From contig JASEFA010000001.1 in assembly GCA_030019365.1 (NCBI GenBank), positions 398,953 through 462,952 on the forward strand: DNA of 64,000 bases, read 5' to 3'. Position numbers and translations under genes: made by a program. Below are positions 17,944 through 27,873 of the stretch, in pieces; position 1 is the first letter of the stretch, and every line of letters starts with the position of its first letter. The stretch is from Bacillota bacterium. Its GTDB lineage: Bacteria; Bacillota; Sulfobacillia; JACIYH01. The notes beneath the pieces were generated by a model. The model did no database searches and had not been told where the DNA came from. It worked only from the letters and a program-made list of their open reading frames with translations.

Positions 17944-19007
17944 TCACCTCCCCGGCCTTCCCGGATCATCTTCAAGCAGTCCATCACTTCCTGGGGGGTG
18001 GGCACAGCGCCGCCCGTGCGCCCGAAGAAGTAGACCGGCCGCCGCCCCTCCACGGCCAGGCGCACGTCCTCCACCATCTGCCCCGCTGACATCTCCACGG
18101 TGAGGAAGGCCCGGGCCCGCCCCACCACCCGTTCGATGGCAGCGCGGGGGAAAGGCCACAGGGTAATGGGCCGCACCATCCCGACCCGCAACCCGTCCGC
18201 CACGGCCCGCGCCATCGCCGCCCGGCAGATGCGGGAGCTGGTTCCGTAAGCCACCAGGAAGTATTCGGCCTCGGGATCGACCAGTTCGTACCTGACTTCC
18301 CGCAGCTCCATCTCCCGGTACTTCTGCAGCAGGTGCTGATTGTGACGCTCGCACGCCTCGGCTTCGATGTAGAGGGAATTGATGATGTTGGGCCGGTCCC
18401 GCCCCGGGGTTCCCGTGGTGGCCCACGGCTTGGGAGACAGCGAAGGCGGCGGGCCTTCGGGAAAGCGTACCGGCTCCATCATCTGCCCCATCATCCCGTC
18501 CCCGAGCACCACCACCGGGTTGCGGTAGCGGTCGGCCAGATCAAAGGCCAGCATGGTGAGCTCCACGGCTTCCTGGATGCCGCCCGGCCCCAGTACGATG
18601 GTGCGGTAGTCGCCGTGCCCCCCTCCCCGGGTGGCCTGGAAGTAGTCGGACTGAGCGGGCTGGATGCTCCCCAGCCCCGGCCCTCCCCGCACCATGTTAA
18701 CGATCACCCCCGGTACCTCCGCCCCGGCCAGGTAGGAAATACCTTCCTGCTTCAGGCTTATCCCCGGCGAAGACGAGGAGGTCATCGCCCTTGCCCCCGC
18801 CGATCCCGCCCCGTACACCATGTTGATGGCCGCGATTTCCGACTCCGACTGGATGAAGGTACCTCCCGCCTCGGGCATGCGCCTGGCCATGTACTCGCAC
18901 AGTTCATTCTGGGGGGTGATGGGATAGCCGGCATAAAAGCGGCACCCGGCCCGGATGGCCGCCTCCGCAATGGCCTCGTTTCCCTTCATAAGTGCCAGTT
19001 CTGCCAC
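17937..19007 (-). CDS. 2-oxoacid:ferredoxin oxidoreductase alpha subunit
   Basis: 356 aa, GNEAIAEAAIRAGCRFYAGYPITP N-terminus typical of Por/Kor/Vor alpha. Confidence 0.85.
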   Translation of the reverse strand: MAELALMKGNEAIAEAAIRAGCRFYAGYPITPQNELCEYMARRMPEAGGTFIQSESEIAAINMVYGAGSAGARAMTSSSSPGISLKQEGISYLAGAEVPGVIVNMVRGGPGLGSIQPAQSDYFQATRGGGHGDYRTIVLGPGGIQEAVELTMLAFDLADRYRNPVVVLGDGMMGQMMEPVRFPEGPPPSLSPKPWATTGTPGRDRPNIINSLYIEAEACERHNQHLLQKYREMELREVRYELVDPEAEYFLVAYGTSSRICRAAMARAVADGLRVGMVRPITLWPFPRAAIERVVGRARAFLTVEMSAGQMVEDVRLAVEGRRPVYFFGRTGGAVPTPQEVMDCLKMIREGRGGEW

Positions 19008-19020
19008 GGTCTCGCCCCCC

Positions 19021-19236
19021 TCACCGGTATACCTCGATCACGACGTCCGGACACATGAGAGCACATATCCGGCAACTGGTGCAGCGCTCCTGCTCCACCA
19101 CTTCGGCCGGATGATATCCCGACGGGTTGATGCGGTCGGGCGCCAGCCGGATGATCTTCTGCGGGCAAAAGTGGACGCAGAGCTCGCAGGCTTTGCATCT
19201 CTCCTCCGCAAAAACCACCCTCTTTTCCGTAGCCAT
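19021..19236 (-). CDS. 4Fe-4S ferredoxin (delta subunit of the oxidoreductase)
   Basis: Two CxxCxxCxxxCP motifs; ATG at 19236 with a GAGGAGG Shine-Dalgarno; the track's 5' extension is rejected. Confidence 0.75.
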   Translation of the reverse strand: MATEKRVVFAEERCKACELCVHFCPQKIIRLAPDRINPSGYHPAEVVEQERCTSCRICALMCPDVVIEVYR

Positions 19237-19243
19237 CGCCTCC

Positions 19244-19936
19244 TCATTCCCACGGCAGCAAGAGGTATCGCCGCAGGGGAAAAACTTCCCGCGCCACCAT
19301 CTTCTCCACCCGGTGGGCAATGTCCTGTAAGGCGGCCAGCATCACCACGGGCAGCCCGAGCAGGGAGGCGGCCTGTTCCACGAGGCGGTGGCCCCGCTCG
19401 ACAACCGGCGGCGTGGTTTCCCCGCCCAGGTGGGGATTGGACACCACGCCGGTGGGCTGCAGCCTGCTGCTGCCGGTCACCTCCCGGGCAAGGGCAGCCA
19501 TTCCCGCGGGAGACCCGCATCCGGGGCGATACGGGTTGAGCACTACCCAGATGTGGCAGCTGTCCGCGAGCAGAGGCCGCAGCGACCCCAGTACCCGGGC
19601 CCCGGTGTCGCCTCCCCCCACGTCCACCACTCCCGGCCCGCCGCCGCGCAGGAGCCCACTCAACCCCGGCGGCAGGACGGGCAGATCGCCCTCCCCCCAG
19701 GCGGGATCGGGGGCAACCACCCGCACTCCCTCCCGTTCCAGCTCCTCCCGCACCTCCCGGGCGCGGAAGTAAGGAGTCACCAGGTCCAGGTCGGCCAGCC
19801 AGATCCCTCCCTGCCCGCCCACCTCCTGGTGCGTGCCGCCCGTGGCCCGGGCCAGGCGGACGGAGTAGTTGACGGAGATCTCGGTCTTGCCGCTACCGTA
19901 TGGGCCCAGGAACAGGGTTACACCGTCGCGTCTCAT
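19244..19936 (-). CDS. P-loop NTPase of unknown function
   Basis: Walker A GPYGSGKTE near the N-terminus; no further family assignment. Confidence 0.45.
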   Translation of the reverse strand: MRRDGVTLFLGPYGSGKTEISVNYSVRLARATGGTHQEVGGQGGIWLADLDLVTPYFRAREVREELEREGVRVVAPDPAWGEGDLPVLPPGLSGLLRGGGPGVVDVGGGDTGARVLGSLRPLLADSCHIWVVLNPYRPGCGSPAGMAALAREVTGSSRLQPTGVVSNPHLGGETTPPVVERGHRLVEQAASLLGLPVVMLAALQDIAHRVEKMVAREVFPLRRYLLLPWE

Positions 19937-19939
19937 CCC

Positions 19940-21013
19940 CTACCGCTCCGGCAGGTATATACGGTGCAGGCGACGGATGGCGGCGATGCGGTCTTCGGCC
20001 ACCCGATCGGCGGCCAGGAAGGTGGGCATCCTCTCGTCCCGGGCCACGGTGAAGATCTGCCACAGCTTGTCATATATGCCAGCTATCCTGGCAAAGGCCC
20101 GGTCGCGGTTGTAACCTCCCTCCTCGAACTCGTCGCTGACGTTGGTGACCCCACCGCCGTTGATGACGAAGTCGGGGGCGTAGAGGATGCCGCGCTCCTC
20201 CAGAGCATGGCCGTGACGGGGCTCGGCCAGCTGGTTGTTGGCGGACCCGGCGATCACCCGGCAGCGGAGTCTCATCACGGTGTCGTCGTTGATGACCGCC
20301 CCCAGGGCGCAGGGAGCGAAGATGTCGCAGGCCACGTCGTAGATGGCGTCAGGGTCCACCACCTCACCTCCCAACTCGGCCCCCAGGGCGCGCGCCCGCT
20401 CGGAGTCCACATCGGTGACGATCAGGCGGGCGCCCTCGTCCCGCAGGTGACGGGCCAGCACCGCCCCCACCTTCCCCACCCCCTGAACGGCCACCCTCTT
20501 ACCGCGCAGGGACTCTGATCCCCACACCCAGCGGGCGCAGGCTTTCATGCCCCGCCACACCCCGAAGGCGGTGGCGGGAGAAGGATCTCCGGACTTCTCG
20601 CCCAGGCCGGCGACGTAGGGCGTCTCGTACCGGACCACGGCCATATCCTGCACTGTGGTTCCCACGTCTTCAGCGGTGATGTATCGGCCGGCCAGGGTGT
20701 GGACGAAACGACCGAAGGCCCGCAGCAGCACCTCGGTCTTGTCCCGGCGGGGGTCTGCCATGATCACCGCCTTCCCCCCGCCCAGGTTGAGTCCCATGGC
20801 TGCGTTCTTGTACGTCATGCCGCGGGAGAGGCGCAGCACATCCCGCAGGGCTTCCTCCTCGCTGGCGTATGGCCACATCCGGCAGCCCCCCAGGGCGGGT
20901 CCCAGAGAGGTGTCGTGGATGGCGATGATGCTCTTGAGCCCCGACGCCTCGTCGTAGCAGAATACCACCTGCTCGTGCCCATACTGGTCCATGGACTCGA
21001 ACACTTCCATCAT
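19940..21013 (-). CDS. leucine/valine dehydrogenase (Glu/Leu/Phe/Val dehydrogenase family), paralog 1
   Basis: Catalytic lysine region GGGKAVI, NAD site [13 protein letters not shown]; 357 aa. Confidence 0.85.
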   Translation of the reverse strand: MMEVFESMDQYGHEQVVFCYDEASGLKSIIAIHDTSLGPALGGCRMWPYASEEEALRDVLRLSRGMTYKNAAMGLNLGGGKAVIMADPRRDKTEVLLRAFGRFVHTLAGRYITAEDVGTTVQDMAVVRYETPYVAGLGEKSGDPSPATAFGVWRGMKACARWVWGSESLRGKRVAVQGVGKVGAVLARHLRDEGARLIVTDVDSERARALGAELGGEVVDPDAIYDVACDIFAPCALGAVINDDTVMRLRCRVIAGSANNQLAEPRHGHALEERGILYAPDFVINGGGVTNVSDEFEEGGYNRDRAFARIAGIYDKLWQIFTVARDERMPTFLAADRVAEDRIAAIRRLHRIYLPER

Positions 21014-21026
21014 GCTACCCCCATTC

Positions 21027-22109
21027 TCATCTGGATACAGCCCGGGGCACCAGAATGTGGCCCAGAGTCCCCAGAGCCCGGAGCCTGCGTTCCACGTGGA
21101 TGTTGGCCGCCCGGGCGGGGGAGATGTCCTGCTCCCGGGCGATCCGGAACACCTCCAGCAGCTGATCGTAGATGGCCGCCGCCTTCCGCAGGGCGCGCTC
21201 GCGGTTGTATCCGCCCAGCTCGTCGGCCGCCTGGATCACGCCCCCCGCGTTGATGATGAAGTCGGGGGCGTAGAGAATCCCCCGCTCCTTGAGCATGTCG
21301 GCATGGCGCAGCTCTTCCAGCTGGTTGTTGGCCGCTCCGGCCACCACCCGGCAGCGCAACCTGGGGATGGTGCGGTCGTTCATCACTCCCCCCAGGGCGT
21401 TGGGAGAGAAAATGTCGCATTCCACATCGTAGATATCTTCTTGGCTCACCTTCTCCATGGGTATGCGGGCGGCGACCTCGTCCAGGCGGGCCCGGTTGGC
21501 ATCGCAGGCGATGAGGCGGGCACCCTCTTCGCGGAGGTGGCGGGCCAGGTGCCCACCCACCTTACCCACCCCCTGCAGGGCAACGGTCAAACCCTTGAGC
21601 GAGTCGCTACCGAAGGCCACCCGGGCGCAGGCTTTCATGCCCTTCCACACGGCGAACGCAGTGGTGAGGGAGGTATCGCCGCTTCCGCCGTATTCCTCCG
21701 GCAGCGCCACCACGTAACGGGTTTCCGCCGCCGCCCACACGAAGTCCGAGGAAACGGTACCCACGTCCGTACCGGTGATGACACGGCCGCCGAAGCCCTG
21801 CACGAAGCGTCCCACGGCCCGGAAGAGGGCCTCGCTCTTGTCCCGGGCGGGATCACCCCATATGACGCACTTGCCGCCCCCGTAGTTCAGGCCGGCGGCG
21901 GCGTTCTTCTCCGTCATCCCCCGGGAGAGGCGCAGGGCGTCGCGCACGACATCTTCCTCTCGCCCGTAGTTCCACATGCGGCAGCCCCCCAGGGCGGGCC
22001 CGATGGTGGTGTTGTGGACGGCGATGACCGCTCGCAATCCTGACCCGGGCTCCCGGCAAAAGGCAAGCTGCTCGTGACCCGCCTCGGCCATGGCTTCAAA
22101 GATGCCCAT
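21027..22109 (-). CDS. leucine/valine dehydrogenase, paralog 2 (tandem duplicate)
   Basis: Same family ([24 protein letters not shown]); start at ATG 22109 with a GGAGGTGA Shine-Dalgarno. Confidence 0.85.
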   Translation of the reverse strand: MGIFEAMAEAGHEQLAFCREPGSGLRAVIAVHNTTIGPALGGCRMWNYGREEDVVRDALRLSRGMTEKNAAAGLNYGGGKCVIWGDPARDKSEALFRAVGRFVQGFGGRVITGTDVGTVSSDFVWAAAETRYVVALPEEYGGSGDTSLTTAFAVWKGMKACARVAFGSDSLKGLTVALQGVGKVGGHLARHLREEGARLIACDANRARLDEVAARIPMEKVSQEDIYDVECDIFSPNALGGVMNDRTIPRLRCRVVAGAANNQLEELRHADMLKERGILYAPDFIINAGGVIQAADELGGYNRERALRKAAAIYDQLLEVFRIAREQDISPARAANIHVERRLRALGTLGHILVPRAVSR

Positions 22110-22395
22110 GAAATCACCTCCGCCCAACATAAAAAGCCGCCCCCTGCGGGAACGGCTCTCGCGGTATGCGCTGACCCCGGGTGCGGATCGCGACCAGGGG
22201 CAACAGCACAGGGAGCAAGCGGCATCCGCTCCTTTTGCCTTCTGGACCGCCTATATATTCTCCGAACGGCGGGTATTTCCCTTCTGGTTCCCGCGCCTTC
22301 TCCCGGCGTGGGCACGCTGGAGGCACGGCGGGGTACGAGCCGGCGCGCGCCGGTGCGCGGGTCGTGCGGTGCGACGAACGGACGAGAACAGGCGG

Positions 22396-23153
22396 CTAGC
22401 CAGCCTGCAGCGAGATGCGCATGCGGTCTGCCACCATGGCGATGAACTGGGCGTTGGTGGGCTTGCCTTTGTCGCGGCTCACCGTGTAGCCGAACATCTC
22501 CTCGATGGCCTCCAGGTTTCCCCGGTTCCACGCCACCTCGATGGCATGCCGGATGGCCCTCTCCACGCGCGAGGGGGTGGTGCGGTATTTCTGAGCGATG
22601 GCAGGGTAAAGGCTCTTGGTCACCGCGTTTATGAGTTCCAAGTCTTCAATGACCATCAGGATGGCGTCCCGCAGGTAGCTGTAACCCCGGATGTGGGCGG
22701 GGATGCCCACTTCGCGGATGATCGAGGTCACCTCCGCATCCAGGCTGCGGGGGCGCGGGGCCGGGGCGGCACGGGCGGGCGTTCCCCTGGCCACCTCGCG
22801 GATGCGTGCCGCCAGCACGTCCAGGTCGAAGGGCTTGAGGACACAGTAGTCAGCGCCTAACTCAGCCGCTCTGCGGGTGACGTGCTCGTGACCGAAAGCG
22901 GTGAGGACCACCACCCGGGGCCGATGGGGGGCGTCGGCCAGTTTCTCCATCACGCCGATGCCGTCCAGATGCGGCATGATGATGTCCAGAAGCAGGACGT
23001 CGGGCCTGGCTTCCTGGAGGGCGGCCAGCACCTGGGAACCGTTGTTCGCCACCTGCATGACCTGGAGATCCGGTTGCTGGTCTATGTACTCCCGTAACAA
23101 CTCGCAGAACTCACGATTGTCGTCGGCGATGAAGACTTTGATCTTCTCCACGA
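22396..23153 (-). CDS. spo0A: sporulation master regulator Spo0A
   Basis: Receiver domain (DDNREF...[12 protein letters not shown]) plus the Spo0A-specific C-terminal domain ([15 protein letters not shown]...[13 protein letters not shown]); GTG start 23153 gives [12 protein letters not shown] after an AAAGGAGG Shine-Dalgarno. Confidence 0.9.
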
Positions 23154-23181
23154 GAGGGCCTCCTTTCAAACAGCGCCCTCA

Positions 23182-23237
23182 TCAATTCGCCGCCGCGGGC
23201 GTCAATTCCTACTTATTCCAGGAAAAACCTTTCGTCA
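23182..23237 (-). promoter_or_regulatory. candidate sigma-H type promoter (AGGAATT-N11-CGGCGAATTG) with an upstream 0A-box-like TGACGAA
   Basis: Read on the minus strand 15-85 nt upstream of the spo0A start; matches the pattern RNAGGAWWW-N11-12-RNNGAATWW and the 0A box TGNCGAA; no transcript data. Confidence 0.4.
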
Positions 23238-23265
23238 CGAGACGACAGGATCCGGGACGCGGGTC

Positions 23266-24624
23266 TCAGGGGGCGCGGACGGCAGCGGTCCCGGCCATCT
23301 CCTCCCACATCCACTGGGCCAGCACTCCGTACCCGCGGGCGGGATCGTTGACGAAGACGTGGGTGACCGCTCCCACCAGGCGCCCGTCCTGGATGACGGG
23401 ACTGCCGCTCATGCCCTGGACGATCCCGCCCGTCAGCTGGCGCAGGCGGGGGTCGGTGATGCGTACCACCATCCCCTTACCCTCGTAGCGCCGGTCCACC
23501 CACACCTTCTGGATCTGCGCCTGGAAGGACTCAATGGTCTGGTCGTCCACCACGGTCAGGACCTGGGCCGGTCCCTCACGTACGGTGGCGGCCGCAGCCA
23601 GGGGCACGGGGCCGGGGTAAAGGGAATTGCTGAGGGAGCGGGTCAGGGTGCCCACGATACCGCATCCGGTGTTCCGTTCGATGCGGCCCAGAACGTCCAG
23701 TTCGGGGAGGAAGACGCCCACCTTCTCACCGGGCTGGCCCCGCCGGCCCTCGTGCACGGCCACGATCCCGGCCAGCACGATGTGGCCCTCCTCCAGGCGC
23801 ACGGGCCGTCCCGTTTCCGTGTCTGTCACCAGGTGTCCCAGGGCGGCAAAACGCATGGTGATGGGATCCCACATGGTGAGGGTACCCACTCCCGCCGTGC
23901 CGTCCCGCACGGCCAGGCCGATGCGGTAGGTACCGTCCGGCAGGCCCACCGGGGTCACGCTCACCTTGAAATGGCGGTCGTCTCGCTCCACTTCCAGCTC
24001 CAGGGGTTGCCCGCTCTCTCCCGCCCGCTCCACACAGCGCACCAGGTCTGCCTCATCACGAACCGGCAGGCCTCCCGCACTCAGGATGATGTCGCCGGGC
24101 AGGATACCGGCTTCCTGAGCGGGCGAACGCAGTCCCGCCACCGTGCGCACCGGCCTGAGGCCCGTGACCACCACGCCCCGGCTGGAAACCACCACGCCGA
24201 TGGACTGGCCCCCCACCATCACCCTGGTGTCGGGCATTATACTCACCAGAACCGAGCGCACCGGCAACACGCCCAGGAGGCGGAACTCCAGGCGAGCCTT
24301 TCCTTCGCCCCGGGGATCGAGGGTGAGCCGGGAGCCACCTGTCAGCCAGGCGGCCATGCTCTGGGGATGGCTGGCGGTACCCCGCACCTGACCCGGAGAG
24401 TCCAGGTAGCCCCATACCCCCGGGGGCAGGCGCAGGTCGTGGGGCTGCCCGGCTACCAGGTCCAGCTCGTCAGGCAACTCGGCCAGCGGGCGGACGGCAA
24501 AGCCGGCCAGCGTGAACACGAAAAGGGCAAACAGGATGAAGCTCTTCTCCAGCACGCGGCGTTCTTTCGCCATGCAATGCTCTTTCGCCCCGCGGCGATC
24601 TTCCGCCGTCGCTCCTTTTGCCAT
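23266..24624 (-). CDS. spoIVB: SpoIVB signalling serine peptidase (S55) with PDZ domain
   Basis: PDZ (GDIILSAGGLPV) followed by the S55 peptidase domain (GIVQGMSGSPVIQDGRLVGAVTHV); sits next to spo0A as in Bacillus. Confidence 0.85.
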   Translation of the reverse strand: MAKGATAEDRRGAKEHCMAKERRVLEKSFILFALFVFTLAGFAVRPLAELPDELDLVAGQPHDLRLPPGVWGYLDSPGQVRGTASHPQSMAAWLTGGSRLTLDPRGEGKARLEFRLLGVLPVRSVLVSIMPDTRVMVGGQSIGVVVSSRGVVVTGLRPVRTVAGLRSPAQEAGILPGDIILSAGGLPVRDEADLVRCVERAGESGQPLELEVERDDRHFKVSVTPVGLPDGTYRIGLAVRDGTAGVGTLTMWDPITMRFAALGHLVTDTETGRPVRLEEGHIVLAGIVAVHEGRRGQPGEKVGVFLPELDVLGRIERNTGCGIVGTLTRSLSNSLYPGPVPLAAAATVREGPAQVLTVVDDQTIESFQAQIQKVWVDRRYEGKGMVVRITDPRLRQLTGGIVQGMSGSPVIQDGRLVGAVTHVFVNDPARGYGVLAQWMWEEMAGTAAVRAP

Positions 24625-24715
24625 GGCGGCGACCTCCCGGAACCGGCAAATTCCGCTTGGAGGCGGCTGCGGTCCGGCTTAAGGTTGCCGCGCGCACACG
24701 CACATATGAAAACAG

Positions 24716-24785
24716 CTTATCCCTGCGGGCCCGCTTCCTGTTATCCCTGCGGAGCCGCTTCCTGCCCGTGCGGCGCGGCTTCCTG
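24716..24785. repeat. Three tandem ~23-bp direct repeats (TTATCCCTGCGGRSCCGCTTCCTG, third copy degenerate)
   Basis: Seen directly; copies 2-3 fall in the last codons of recN (QEAAPHGQEAAPQG), copy 1 in the recN-spoIVB intergenic region. Confidence 0.6.
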
Positions 24786-26477
24786 GCGCAGGCGGCGGGC
24801 GTGATCGAGGGCTTCCCTGGTAATGCGGGCTCCCCCCACCATGCGCGCCAGTTCCTGGACGCGCAGGTCTTCGTCTACCAACACCTCAACTTCGACGTCT
24901 GCGCGTCCGTCGCGAACGGTCTTGTGTACGACCAGGTGATGACGGGCAAATGCGGCCACGGGCGCCAGGTGGGTGACCACCACCACCTGCCGGTGCCGGG
25001 CCACCCGGGCTAGCTTGACTCCCAGCACGTGGGCCGCGTGCCCCCCGATACCGGCGTCCACCTCGTCGAATACCAGGGTGGGTATGCCGTCCAGGTCGGC
25101 CAGGACGGTCTTCAAAGCCAGCATCACCCGGGCTAGCTCTCCCCCCGAAGCCACTCTCTCCAGGGGACGGGGGGGATCGCCCGGGTTGGCGGTGAACAGG
25201 AACTCCACCTGGTCCACACCGTGGGGGCCAATGGCCAACCACCGCCCCGCACAGGGGAGCCCGCCCGGGTCCTCCCGCTGCTCCACCCCCACGACGAACC
25301 GGGCCGAGGCCATGGCGAGCTCCTGCAGCTCGGCGGTAACGCGCTCGGCAAGTCCGGTGGCTGCCTGGGCGCGTGCGGACGAAAGCTGGTCCGCCAGGGC
25401 CACCAGGCGGGCCTCCACCGCACCCAATTCCCGCTCCAGCTCCCGGGCGGACTCATCCCCGTGCAGGAGGGCATCCCTCTGCCTGGCCGCCTCCTGGCGA
25501 AAAGCCAGGATGCCGGCTACCGTGTCGGCGTATTTGCGTTTCAACGTGTCTATGGCCGCCAGGCGCGCCTCTACCTGGGCGAGACGGGCGGGGTCCAGTT
25601 CCACCCGGTCCGCGTAGGCGGCCACCTCGCGCGCCACCTCGTCCACCGCCGCCAGCAGCTCCTCTGTTTGCGCGGCCAGGGGACGGAGGGAGTCATCCAC
25701 GCGGGAAGCCTCCGCCAGCAGGCCCGCTGCCAGCGCCAGGCGATCGTGCCCGCTCCCCTCCGCCCCTCCGTAGAGCAGATCGTAGACCTGCCGGGCGGCC
25801 CCCACCAGCTTCTCCGCTGCCGCCAGCACCTGGCGCTGCCTGAGCAACTCCTCTTCTTCCCCGTCCCGCAAACGGGCCCCGTCTATTTCCCGTATCTGAA
25901 AGTCGAGCAGGTCAAGCCGGCGAGTCCGTTCCCGGGCTGACGAACGCAGTTCTTCCAGATCCTCGCCCAATCTCTTCCAGCGCCGGTACGATTCCTCCAG
26001 ATCCTGTCTGAGGGAACCGGCTCCGGCAAAGCCGTCCAGGAAATCCAGATGGCTGGCGCGGTCCAGGAGAAGCTGGTGCTCGTGCTGGCCGTGGAGCTCC
26101 ACCAGGCTGCGGGTGAGGGACCGCACCATGGCCACCGTGGCGGGACGACCGTTGATGCGACAGGACGAACGCCCGCCCCGCTGTACCTCCCGGGTGAGCA
26201 CCAGCTCGCCCGGACTCCAACCCATTTCCCCCAGGGCGGCGGCCGCCCGCGGGTGGCGATGGGCGTCGATCTCAAACAAGGCTTCCACCAGCAGGCGGTC
26301 TTCTCCCGCGCGGATCGTCTCCGGGGAAGCCCGACCTCCCAGCACCAGCTCCAGGGCGTCAATGACGATGGACTTTCCGGCCCCCGTCTCCCCAGTGAGC
26401 ACATTGAGGCCGGCGTCCAGACTCAGCCGGACCCGGCCTATGATAGCCAGGTTCTCTATGTAAAGCTCCCTGAGCAC
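24741..26477 (-). CDS. recN: DNA repair protein RecN
   Basis: Walker A GETGAGKS, long coiled-coil, C-terminal ABC signature and D-loop; 578 aa. Confidence 0.9.
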   Translation of the reverse strand: MLRELYIENLAIIGRVRLSLDAGLNVLTGETGAGKSIVIDALELVLGGRASPETIRAGEDRLLVEALFEIDAHRHPRAAAALGEMGWSPGELVLTREVQRGGRSSCRINGRPATVAMVRSLTRSLVELHGQHEHQLLLDRASHLDFLDGFAGAGSLRQDLEESYRRWKRLGEDLEELRSSARERTRRLDLLDFQIREIDGARLRDGEEEELLRQRQVLAAAEKLVGAARQVYDLLYGGAEGSGHDRLALAAGLLAEASRVDDSLRPLAAQTEELLAAVDEVAREVAAYADRVELDPARLAQVEARLAAIDTLKRKYADTVAGILAFRQEAARQRDALLHGDESARELERELGAVEARLVALADQLSSARAQAATGLAERVTAELQELAMASARFVVGVEQREDPGGLPCAGRWLAIGPHGVDQVEFLFTANPGDPPRPLERVASGGELARVMLALKTVLADLDGIPTLVFDEVDAGIGGHAAHVLGVKLARVARHRQVVVVTHLAPVAAFARHHLVVHKTVRDGRADVEVEVLVDEDLRVQELARMVGGARITREALDHARRLRQEAAPHGQEAAPQG

Positions 26478-26488
26478 CGACGGTCCCC

Positions 26489-26941
26489 CTACTCGATGAG
26501 TTGCCGCAGCCGTTCCACCAGGGACTGGCCCCGTTCGCGTCCGCGGATCACCACCAGGACCGTGTTATCCCCGGCCACGGTGCCCACGATCTCCTGCCAC
26601 CGCAGGTTGTCCAGGGCCTCTCCCACGGCGGGTGCCGCCCCGCTCAGGCACTTGACCACGATCAGGTTCTCCGATACATCCAGGTCAAGCACACTGTCCC
26701 GCAGCACTCTACGCAAACGGTCGGTATGACCGGCTATCACCTGATCCTGGGGAAAGGCGTAACGCTGCCGGCCATCCCCCGTGGGCACCTTTACCAGGTT
26801 GAGATCCTTGATGTCGCGGGAAACCGTGGCCTGGGTGACGGGGATACCGAGCTTGCGCAGCTCCTGGGCCAGCTCCTCCTGAGTCTCCACAGGGCGCGCC
26901 CGGATGACCTCCAGGATTTTCATCTGGCGCCGCGCCTTCAT
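26489..26941 (-). CDS. argR: arginine repressor ArgR/AhrC
   Basis: Winged-helix TQATVSRDIKDL and the ArgR C-terminal oligomerisation domain; start trimmed to MKARRQMKILEVI. Confidence 0.8.
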   Translation of the reverse strand: MKARRQMKILEVIRARPVETQEELAQELRKLGIPVTQATVSRDIKDLNLVKVPTGDGRQRYAFPQDQVIAGHTDRLRRVLRDSVLDLDVSENLIVVKCLSGAAPAVGEALDNLRWQEIVGTVAGDNTVLVVIRGRERGQSLVERLRQLIE

Positions 26942-26972
26942 GCCTCCCCTCCCAACCGGCCCGGTCAGCCTA

Positions 26973-27872
26973 TTACTTCTGCTCTCTTTCGTCATTTCCT
27001 GCTCCTGCGCCCTCTCCTTTGGGTCCCTCCTTCAGCTTGCGGCGCAACACTTCGTAGAAACTCCAACCCTTTTGCCTGATGAGCCGGGCCGTTTCCGCCG
27101 CTTTGCTCACCTCCAACTCGTCCCCCGGTTCCAGCCGGTAGCCCCGCTGCCCGTCGATGGTGAGGGCCAGTTCCCGGTGGGTGGCCCAGACCCGCACCCG
27201 CACCTGCTCGCGCTGGGAGATCACCAGGGAGCGGGCGTACAGGGTGTGGGGGCAGATGGGAGTGATGATCAGGACTTCCAGCTGAGGACTGACGATGGGG
27301 CCGCCCGCGGACAGGGAGTATGCCGTGGAGCCCGTGGGCGTGGCGATGATGAGCCCGTCCGACCAGTACACCTCCACCGGGCGCCCCCCGATCAGCAACT
27401 CCAGGCGGATCAGGCGGGCGAACACCCCCTTGGACACCACCACCTCGTTGAGGGCCAGAAAGCGGGCTGCTTCGGCGCCCGAGCGCAACACCCGGGTTTG
27501 GAGCATCATGCGCTCCTCGACCTCGTACTCGCCCGCCACGATGCGGGGCAGCACCTCCCACAACTGGGGCACTTCCACCTCGGTGAGGAATCCCAGGTGC
27601 CCCAGGTTGACACCCAGGATGGGGGTCTCCGCCTGGGCGACCGCCCGCGCCGCCTGCAGCAGGGTACCGTCCCCACCCAGGACAATCAGCAACTCCGCGT
27701 CCCGGGCCCAGGCGGGCACATCCCCGCCCAGGTCCGGGCGGGCGAGCAGGAGGGCGACCTCCCGGGGGAGCAGGACCGCAATCCCCCTGTCCTCCAGCCA
27801 CCTCACCAGGCGACGGGTGACTTCCAGGGCGCCTGGTTTCTCCAGATTGGGGTAAATGCCTGCCCGCCGCAC
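26973..27872 (-). CDS. nadK: NAD kinase
   Basis: GGDGTLL and NxGxLGFL motifs; GTG start 27872 chosen (VRRAGIYPN); track ORF runs to 27956. Confidence 0.8.
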   Translation of the reverse strand: MRRAGIYPNLEKPGALEVTRRLVRWLEDRGIAVLLPREVALLLARPDLGGDVPAWARDAELLIVLGGDGTLLQAARAVAQAETPILGVNLGHLGFLTEVEVPQLWEVLPRIVAGEYEVEERMMLQTRVLRSGAEAARFLALNEVVVSKGVFARLIRLELLIGGRPVEVYWSDGLIIATPTGSTAYSLSAGGPIVSPQLEVLIITPICPHTLYARSLVISQREQVRVRVWATHRELALTIDGQRGYRLEPGDELEVSKAAETARLIRQKGWSFYEVLRRKLKEGPKGEGAGAGNDEREQK

Positions 27873-27873
27873 C

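Noticed and set aside
22330-22360. Rho-independent terminator after spo0A at the CCGGCGCGCGCCGG palindrome
   Set aside because: Perfect palindrome but with no loop and no downstream U-tract on the minus strand
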